Source: Eledone cirrhosa
Lineage: Eukaryota
Direction of reading: 5' to 3'
Assembly: GCA_964016885.1 (NCBI GenBank)
Contig: OZ024742.1
Span: 257,362,001 to 257,426,000, forward strand
Length of the DNA: 64,000 nt
This document shows, piece by piece, positions 55,051 to 64,000 of the stretch. Under the pieces are notes generated by a model. The model was not told the origin of the DNA, made no database searches, and was given only the letters and a program-made list of their open reading frames with translations. The position numbers were made by a program, and so were the translations under genes. Positions within the stretch are counted from its first letter, which is position 1. Each line of letters opens with the position of its first letter.

Positions 55051-58000
55051 ATGAATACTGATAATAAAAGCAATTCGAATTTATCAAACAGTGAACTACA
55101 GCGGCGACGGGGTGCAGCCAGCAATGAAAAAAAACGGGCCGAACAACGCCATCGGAACGCCGAACTTCAGAGGCGAAGACGTGCCGCCATGACTGAAGAG
55201 GACCTGGCTGAACAACCCCACCGAAACACTGGAGCCAAGCAGCGTCGGCGCGATGGTTGAAGAAGAACTGCCTGAGCATCATCAGCTGATGGCCGGAATT
55301 CAGCAGCAACGGCATGCTGCGATGGATGGAGAGGAGCTGGCTGAACAGCGCGAGTGCAATACAGAAGTTCAGAGAACCAAAGTGCTCCTCATTCCAGTAA
55401 AGAGGCCAGAAGGCGAATGGATGATATTAAAAATGGATTATGGCAACCATGTCATTTTCAGATTGGTGGACGAGCAGATTGCCCACATTGTGGAGCATTG
55501 CTTTGGAGACACGAAAAGACGTGGACCACAATGTGCTGTCATAAAGGAGCAGTTCAACTAGAACCCTTGCGAATGCCGGATGATGAGGAGTCACCGGAGT
55601 TTAAAATACTAAGTATGTGAGGTGATCAAGGAGACGGAGATAGATTACTGCGCAAATATTCGCGGCAAATTAAAAATTCATTAGCTTTAGCATCGCAGAG
55701 AGTTAGTGAGATGATTGAGAGTGGAGCATGGCAACCGAATGTAGTCATTCAAGGCCGTTTGTATCATTGTATCGGTAATTTACAAGTTACCCCAGGAGAG
55801 AGGCCACGATTCACTCAAATTTACGTTAACGATCCAGATTATATTGAATCGGAGGAGAATATCAGGATCGGTTGGATGAAGTTTCCGGGAAATATAACTG
55901 AACTTGAACGGCAAAGGTTAAGTGATTTGATCCGTGATTTGCAATCATGGCCTAGACAGTGTAATCCTTATGTTATGGATTTCATGTTGGTGGCTGAACT
56001 GCAAAATGTTCAGCTGTGCCAAGGAATCAATAGGAACGGCCATATAATGCCCCTGAAGTATTTCGTGAAGTTGCAGTGTTGATGGACGATAAGCCTGGAT
56101 CGAGAGATATCGTCCTCAATCGCAGAGAAGGTGGTCTCAAGATTATCAATGAGTCAAATAGGGCATACGATCCATTGCATTATGTTCTTTTATTCCCAAA
56201 AGGTGAAAATGGATGGAACATGTCTGTTTATTTAGATGATCATGAGAATCAGCATCAACAGGGAGGTGGCAATAGACACAATAATTCGATTCGCGACTTT
56301 TACGCTTCCATTTGAACGAGGGGAATCAACAGAGGAATACGCTATTTCAAGCCAGCAGATTGTTCCAGGAATACTGTTGTATGGCATTAGCAAATATCGA
56401 ATATCAAAGGCTAAATTATATAGCTACACATAAGCAACATTTCAGAGCTGAATTGTATAATAATATACAGGATGCGGTAACAGCCGATGATGCCAATTAC
56501 AAGCAAATTGGTCGACGCATCATTTTGCCATCGTCGTTCATCGGTGACGCGAGATATATGAACATTCGCTATCAGGATGCAATGGCTATTGTCAGAAAGT
56601 TTGGAAAGCCAGATTTGTTGATAACGGTTACATGCAATCCTGAATGGACTGATATTTAGGATGCACTTTTGCCAGGACAACAGCCAAACGACGGTCCTGA
56701 TATTGTGGCAAGAGTATTCAAAGGATATCTGAAAAAGATAATGGATGATGTGGAAAAAGAGGGAATCTTTGGAAGTATAGTTGCTTTTACATACGTAATT
56801 GAATTCCAAAAAAGAGGATTACCACATGCACATTTGCTGATCATTTTATATAGAGATTGCAAATTGGGATGTGCTGAGGATGTCGACAGCGTTGTGGGTG
56901 CTGAACTGCCGGAGAATGAGGCACTACACAACTTGGTGGCAAAGTCAATGGTGCACAACCAATGTGGAGTGGCAAATAGGAAAGCGCCTTGCATGAAAAA
57001 TGTCCAATGCAGTAAGCACTTTCCGAAATCTTTTGTCACGAACACTTCCTGGAACGATGGGGATGCTCATCCCTCATACAGGTGGCGGTTTGGTCGAAAA
57101 TGTAAACGGTCGACAGGTTACAAATAAATGGGTTGTGCCATACAATCCATATTTGATTATGAAATATCGTTGTCATATTAATGTGGATATTTGTAGCCCA
57201 GTGAAAGCTTGCAAATATCTATTCAAATATATTTACAAAGATCATGATCGGGTAATGAGCAATGTCAGGAATGAGGAAGCGAACCAAGGAGATGAAGTTG
57301 GCAGGTTCCAGGATGTTCGCTCGATTGGATCTAGCGAAGCTTGCTGGAAATTGTTCCAATTTGATCTCAATGAACGCAAACCCAGCGTTCCATAAACTGA
57401 CGGTTCACTTAGAGAATAGGCAAATGGTCTGTTTTCAGGACACTAGAAGAGGTGTCGAAAGAATTGCTGACGCACCACCTCCTAAAACGGATTTAACTGA
57501 GTGGTTCAAGCATAATAGGGAACATGCTTTGAACCCGGATCAAAGGCAACTCTACTGCGATTTCTCTTCGCATTATACGTGCGATAAAAGGGAAAGAAAT
57601 GGAATGATAGAAAACAAAAGTTGAGATTCATGACTATTGGTCTGGTTTGTAATGTCCTTCCAGCATCTGGTGATGTCTTTTATCTCCGAATTGTGTTGCA
57701 TAATGATTTTTCGAGAGGTAAACAGAGCTTCGCTGATTTGAAAACAATCAATGGCGTGGAATAAGAAACATACCAGGCTGTGTGTCAGCATCTGGGACTC
57801 CTTCAGGATGACGCTGAATGGAATAACGCCATTCAGATGCCAGCTCAAATAAGGCAGTTGTTTGTCACGATTCCAGTATTCTGCAATCCTGCCGATCCAA
57901 GAGAGTTATTTGAACACCATTGGGGAATTATGGCTGATGATTTTAGGCTTCATCTTCAGGTCGATGATGAACATTTGATGAAAGCTATTGTTTTGCTTAA

Positions 58001-59541
58001 TATTGACTAACTGCTTGAAGTTCATTTCAAATGTTTAACAGATTTCAATTTGCCAATTCCTGATGAAGAAATGCGACATCGTGTCTTAGCATTGAACATG
58101 AGATTGCAGCTTAGACGGTTGCCCCTTGATCGGAGGGAACTATTCCAGTTTGATCCACTGGAACAGCAACGTATTATGGATGGACGTATGCCAATATTGA
58201 CCCAATCTCAGAGAGAATTGTTCGATGGCGTTCTCCACTCGATTTCCACTAATGAGCAACTTTGTGCTTTCATAGATGCTTCAGGAGGCACCGGAAAGAC
58301 ATTCTGTTTCAACACTATGTTATCGGCAGTCAGAGCTCAGAGGAAGATTGCTCTCCCTGTGGCCACCTTTGTGATCGCTGCCACTTTGCCGAGTGCTTCA
58401 AGGCTCCATTGGCTCCGGGTGAGTTGAGTGTCTGTAACATTACAGGACAAAGTCGACTCGCGGACCTTATACGCAATACGTCTCTGATTATTTGGGACGA
58501 GCTTCCAATGGCACATAGATATTTGCTGGAGGCATGGGACAGAACTTTGAGAGATATCTGCGGTAGTGACCTGCCATTCGATGGTAAGACTATCGTTCTT
58601 GGTGGCGATTTCAGACAGGTGCTACCAATTGTTAGCTATGCTCAAAGAGCGCAAATTGTCGATGCATGTCTGAAAAAGTCCCCGTTGTGGCGCCATTTCA
58701 GAGTTTTGCGATTACACGATAATATGCGACTTTGTATGTTCGGGCAAAACGAAGAGGCTGAGACATACAGCCGATGGTTGATTCACTTGGGAAATGATGA
58801 ATTGCCACACGTTGGTGATAATCAGACTGTAAGAATCCCAGACCATTTGGTCATGCCACTGGACCGCCAAGCATTGATTGACTGGGTGTTCCCTAATTTG
58901 AATGCTTTTGGGCAGAATATCTCCTGGATATCTGAACGCGTTATTCTAACTCATACGAATGCAACGGTCGATGAAATAAATTCACAAGTAGCCGGAAAGT
59001 TTCCTGGAAAGGACTGGTTGACCGTGAGTGCGGATGCAATGGAGTCTAATCAGTAGAACAATATGGATGTTCCGACTGAGTATCTGAATTCACTTCAAAT
59101 ACCCGGATTTCCCCCACATATTTTGAGGTTGAAAAAGGGTATGCCGATTATATTGCTTAGAAATATCAATCATAGAGTGGATATTTGCAATGGCACCAGA
59201 TTGATTGTTGAGAGATTGATTAAGGGGAGAGTTTTAGAAGATAAACTACCAGGCAGAGAGGAATCGGTTCTCATTCCGAGGATCATGCTGAGACCAAATG
59301 AAGATCTGCTGTCATTCATTTGGCAAAGGAGACAGTTTCCCGTCAATTTGGCCTTCTCCATGACTGTCAACAAGGCACAGGGACAGAATTTCAAGCCAGA
59401 CGGTGTCTACTTGAATGATCCAGCATTCGGCCATGGGCAACTGTATGTTGCTTCATCTCGAGTGTGCGATCCTGATGGTATAAAATTTCCACTAACAGAG
59501 GAACGACCTTGAATATTGGCTATAACGAAGCTTTGAGCTAA
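55051..59541 (+). pseudogene. Second Helitron-type Rep/helicase, essentially full length but with stops and frameshifts
   Basis: N-terminal R/E-rich repeats, CPHCGALLW..E...CC, YDPLHYVLLFP, IEFQKRGLPHAHLLII, KYLFKYIYK, DASGGTGKTF, IIWDELPM, GGDFRQVLP, QFPVNLAFSMTVNKAQGQ, HGQLYVASSRV. Confidence 0.92.
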
Positions 59542-60093
59542 TGTATGAATATTTTTAATGCTATCAATAAACGACGTAAATGATTCGGACATTGATGTCC
59601 TTTGATCAGTATTGTGAGCTTTGACAGAGTTATCATTTATATTCAATGTAATTTAATGTCGTTATGAGCAATAAAAACCAACAAGTATTGATAAAAATTG
59701 CCTTCAAATTTATCGCTCCTGATAGCGGTGGTAATAAAACCTGATCCTATTCTGCGTCTGGCAAAAAGTTTGGATTCTATCACCGACCAGGGCTGGAGTA
59801 ATATTGAAAAACGATTCTATTTTCGAAGTAGAAGGATCCGCCATTTGGAGTTCAAACCAGGCCATCTCCCCGAGTTGAACTTTGGGCAATATTGACTGTC
59901 TATTACTCAGTGGCTAAAAGCCTGGAAATTACTGAATACATTTTTGTGTCATATAATTTGTTGTTTTATTATTACAGCTGACCACTTATATATAAGCATG
60001 TTATCCATATCCATATTAATTTGGCATTTGTATGAACCATTTCAAGTAAATAGGGACCTTTTTTACATTGACGGACATATTTTATATTAATTA

Positions 60094-60436
60094 TCTATAT
60101 CTATATCTACATATAATATAAAAGATTGGAACTTCCATCATCCTTTTGAGAAACGTGGAACAACCACGTCTATGCAATGATACACGTTTTACAGTCAGAT
60201 GAACCATCTCCTAGAGGTCACTATTCTAGGTGGGAGCACCTAGAACTGTTCATATATTATGCACAAACGGTACAACGAAGAATCTGGTATATCTGGAAGA
60301 TTTTTTTTACTGTTCTGTGTATCACACAGACACCACAGACTCGCCTCATACTGTAACTAGACAAATGTCCAATACAGTCATTTTCTCTTTTACCTGTCTT
60401 CTCTTATCATCGGGCGGAGCTGGGTACGTCAGCTAG
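60094..60436 (+). mobile_element. Short non-autonomous Helitron
   Basis: A|TC start (60094; 60100 or 60106 are alternatives), Pif1 C-terminal remnant SRVGAPRTVHILCTNGTTKNLVY, subterminal CGGGCGGAGCTGGGTAC similar to Helitron 1's end, CTAG|T at 60433-60437. Confidence 0.8.
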
Positions 60437-60736
60437 TATATATAATCACCATTTGTATGTGACACTGATTCAGTTTCATAATTATATTGAGAGTAGACGT
60501 TGTATTGAACGTTCAGGGACATACTATTTGGTTTCGTGAGCAGGCTATACCAGTACCCGAACATCAGGACCACACGTTGTACGAACCGGCGGGGATCCAA
60601 AACAAAATATTTATCACAGTGAAGTTGTGTTATTTAAATATCAAAACAATACGAAAAATAAATCTGATCCTTTAACGTTCAATAATATGAATCGCTGAGC
60701 TCTGCACCAGCATGTATTCTTATTAATATTGTTGAT

Positions 60737-61050
60737 TGGATCTCCGCCGATTTCGACAAAGATTGCCACTTTTGTTTGATCAATGGAACAGCCTGCCAGT
60801 GATTGAACATTCCACAAACACATACAACTATCACATATGCCTCATGGGGCTCCACCGTGTCCCAGATTCTGTGAAGATGTTGGGCCTTAGAATTCAATGT
60901 ACAGTCCATGTGACCGTTATCCAAAATGTTTCCATCTGCCCGGTAAGAATGCATAGTGCAACTCGAGGCTGTGTTAAATAATATATGTTTAAGATGCAAT
61001 GAAGTGGCATCGTAACCGGGACCTAATAGCTGCAAACAACGGTCAGGTAC
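60737..61050 (+). mobile_element. Second SINE-like family (B) fragment; related pieces at ~6740-6975 (-), ~46480-46640 (-), 61715-61860 and ~63615-63835
   Basis: Shared motifs CTCCG.CG.TTTCGAC, TTTGATCAA.GGAACAGCCT and CATTCCACA.ACA among copies; all decayed. Confidence 0.5.
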
Positions 61051-61392
61051 TGTAAGAATTCAATGTTGAATAAAATTGCTGTTTCTCTTGTCTCTGTAAC
61101 TAAGTCAAGATGCCCTTAACTATAACTGTGATAGTATTCAGAGAGACGTTATTTGCAAAGGAAGCTTTCAATTCATCAATTCAGCCACGCCATCCACCAT
61201 TGACGTCCTTGCCTACACACACAGAGCAGCCGCTCAAAGTAAATATTTCTGCATTAAATAAATCTTGCTGTTATTAATCAAATAAGATTTAATTGATTAT
61301 ATTTACACTAACGTCTACAGCATGCATATTGCGCACACACAATCACACGCACTCATATACAGGGTATTGCACACAAAGTCGAACAAACACGC

Positions 61393-61427
<35 letters not shown>

Positions 61428-61446
61428 AGTGTGTGTGTATGTGTGA

Positions 61447-61485
<39 letters not shown>

Positions 61486-62544
61486 TGTATGCAAATGTAT
61501 ACATACATGCATTCACACTTGTAAATTTCACAGTTCCCTGGGTGTGTATGTGTGTAGTCAATATAAAAAGAAAATTAGTAAAATATAGGAAATTGACAAG
61601 GCATCTCACATTGCTAACTAATGTTTAGATAACTTGGCATTGCATTAAAGTTGCATAGCTGCAAACAAATAGCATACACAAATATTCACACATGAAATGG
61701 GACTGACAATCAATGAACTTCCGTCGGTTTCGACGAGGTGTGTTCCAGTTGTTTGATCAACGGAACAGCCTACTCATGTAATTAATTTTTAATTAGATGA
61801 CCATTCCACAAACAAAACAATTCTCAGAGGAATTCAAGGAGGCATGTTTTTTAGCAAAGCTTCCCATTCGCCTGACAGGTGCCGTATATCCGACAGGCTT
61901 CCACAAAGTTTCTGTCAACAAAATTTCATTCACAATTCACGGTTCGTTTCAAGGCCATGTTCAATGAAAATTGTTGAAAAAGCCGTGAACTGCATCGACT
62001 ATGGGAACTTCTTGTATTGTTGACTATGCTTAGTCTACACCGACGATATGAGATAACTAATACGAGATGAATTTTTCCCTATGTTATCGTGTAAGTAATG
62101 ATTTATCAAATTTATATGAGCATTATTCATTTAAAATAAATTATTGTGTACATTTATGTAGAGTAAAATGAATTATCTCTGCAGGGTACAATTAATTGCT
62201 TTCGCAATGATCATTTCATAGGTACTGAATATTTCATTGGATTTCAACAAGCGGCAGGAGGAGGATAAATAATATGTCCCCTCCAATACATATATCTGGG
62301 CTTTCTCTCTCAAATAATATCCAATTAAAATATACAATGACAATAACAATACAATGTTTGTGGATTCTGAATAACCACACTTACATAGATACATACCATA
62401 TATACATACATGCATATATAAATACATGAAAAATATGTATGTAATACATACATATGTATGTATTGCTGATGATTTCTAACAAATACAACCGACCTTGTCA
62501 TTTCTACAACAACAACAACAACAACAGTAATCATAATAATAATA

Positions 62545-62750
62545 AAAATGTCTACTATAGGAACAAGGTCAGCAATTTTAGGGAGGAGAAATTCGATTAA
62601 ATCGACTCCAGTTCGTTATTGGTACATTATTTTATCGAACCCGTAAGGATAATAGGCAAGGCTACTCTCGGCGGGACTTGGACACAGACAGTAAAGGGAC
62701 TTAACTCTGTGTCGCTAAGCATTGCCTCCGATTCTAAAGATACTGCCAAA
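62545..62750 (-). mobile_element. Older SINE family A variant
   Basis: TTTTATCGA.CCCGTAAGGAT..AGGCAA.G...CTCGGCGGGA core on the minus strand. Confidence 0.7.
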
Positions 62751-62849
62751 TAATATATATGGGTAAGACCTTACTACTCAGGAAACTATCAGTGCCATCA
62801 TTCAATTGAATACTTGACACATTAATTGGGATATTATGTATGTACGTGT

Positions 62850-62947
62850 GGTTGACTTTGCCTTTCATCCTTACGGGTCGATAAAATAAAGTACCAGTAA
62901 TGCACTGGGTAGTTTGCTGGCCTTGTGCCTAAAGTAGAAACAATTAT
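62850..62947 (+). mobile_element. SINE family A, 5'-truncated
   Basis: GGTTGACTTTGCCTTTCATCCTTACGGGTCGATAAAATAAAGTACCAG...AGAAACAATT. Confidence 0.9.
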
Positions 62948-64000
62948 GTATGTACGTGTATGTCTCTGTTTATTGATATATCTATATGAATGTGTTATTC
63001 AACGTTAGCATATGTTACATACCCTTTATTACATGGAATGGTAGTTGCATTACGTAATGGTGTCCAACGTCTGATAAAAAGATACAATATTTGATTTCCT
63101 TATGTTGTTGTAGTGTATCATGATTCGGTTGTTTGGAGATGAATTAACCGTCCAGGATGGTGTTTTAAACTGTATGAGATTACGTTTTACTTCATTATTC
63201 ATCTTTTGTTACAATCTTCCACTGAATATAACTCTTAGTCATTGTCAATATTGTATCTTAAAGGAATCAATTAAGAACCGTTCGGCTCGCTTGTGTTTTC
63301 ATATTCTCTATTAGTATCTTCAGTTATAACGTATTTGTTAAACAGCAAATGAAGCCGATATATACCTTTCTGTCTATGACTGTCACATATTTAAAAATAT
63401 AATTTAAATGACAACAACTGTAGAATGGAACCACAGTAATGAAGGTTAAGTGTGTTGAAATCACCTTTAGAAACTAACACGATATCAAAAGAACAGGAAT
63501 TAAACCAACATCTGTATTGTGTCATTTATATACATATACGGATGAATCATAGTTAACCGATTTTGTTTTTATGTTACATTAAAACTGTCTCAGCAATATC
63601 ATTATACTAAAAGTGTAGAATTGTAGTTTCCTCGTGTGTCGAAGAATGTGTGTAGGGGATGAAGCTCTGGCGATTACAATGACAAGCGTTCCCGTTTATC
63701 TTGAAATGAAAGTATAACTTGCGGAGAATTTCACCTAAAAGTTTACTTTAATGCAATTCTCAGGGGCATTCAACGTGATACAGTGTGTAACAAGCCTGCC
63801 TTTTGAATTACAATACAGCATATTCGACGGTTTTCCAACTATTTATTACCCAATTTCACACACAAGGAAGAAGTAAATGGCAGTTGCTAAAAATGTTACC
63901 CAGTGAGATAGAACACAGAACATAATGTATGCGAATCGAACTACTTAACCAATTGACTACGCTGCATCAACCGTATTATAGTACTAGTTATAAATTTAAC

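Overview
AT-rich eukaryotic, repeat-dominated window with no supportable host gene. The SINE families and the dense (TA)n/(CA)n/(AAT)n/(GAA)n microsatellites suggest a cephalopod (octopod-like) genome; that is inference. It holds decayed RTE, R4/Dong and CRE LINE fragments, tRNA-derived SINEs, two RepHel-type Helitrons plus a short non-autonomous one, and several Penelope-like (PLE) remnants (RT, GIY-YIG endonuclease, pLTR-like tails). The standout is a very young non-coding 466-bp tandem array (12846-15243; about 3.8 units plus about 1.3 inverted units). Every unit carries an intact-looking minimal type I hammerhead ribozyme, with an octamer motif nearby, making it a candidate circular-RNA retrozyme. 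Its geometry (two arms joined at their 5' ends, both 3' ends running out into (TA)n tracts) is shared by several PLE-derived, hammerhead-bearing insertions in the window. This suggests a PLE-RT-driven, (TA)n-targeted system of helpers and ribozyme parasites. All alignments and folds were done by eye; boundaries of decayed elements are approximate.
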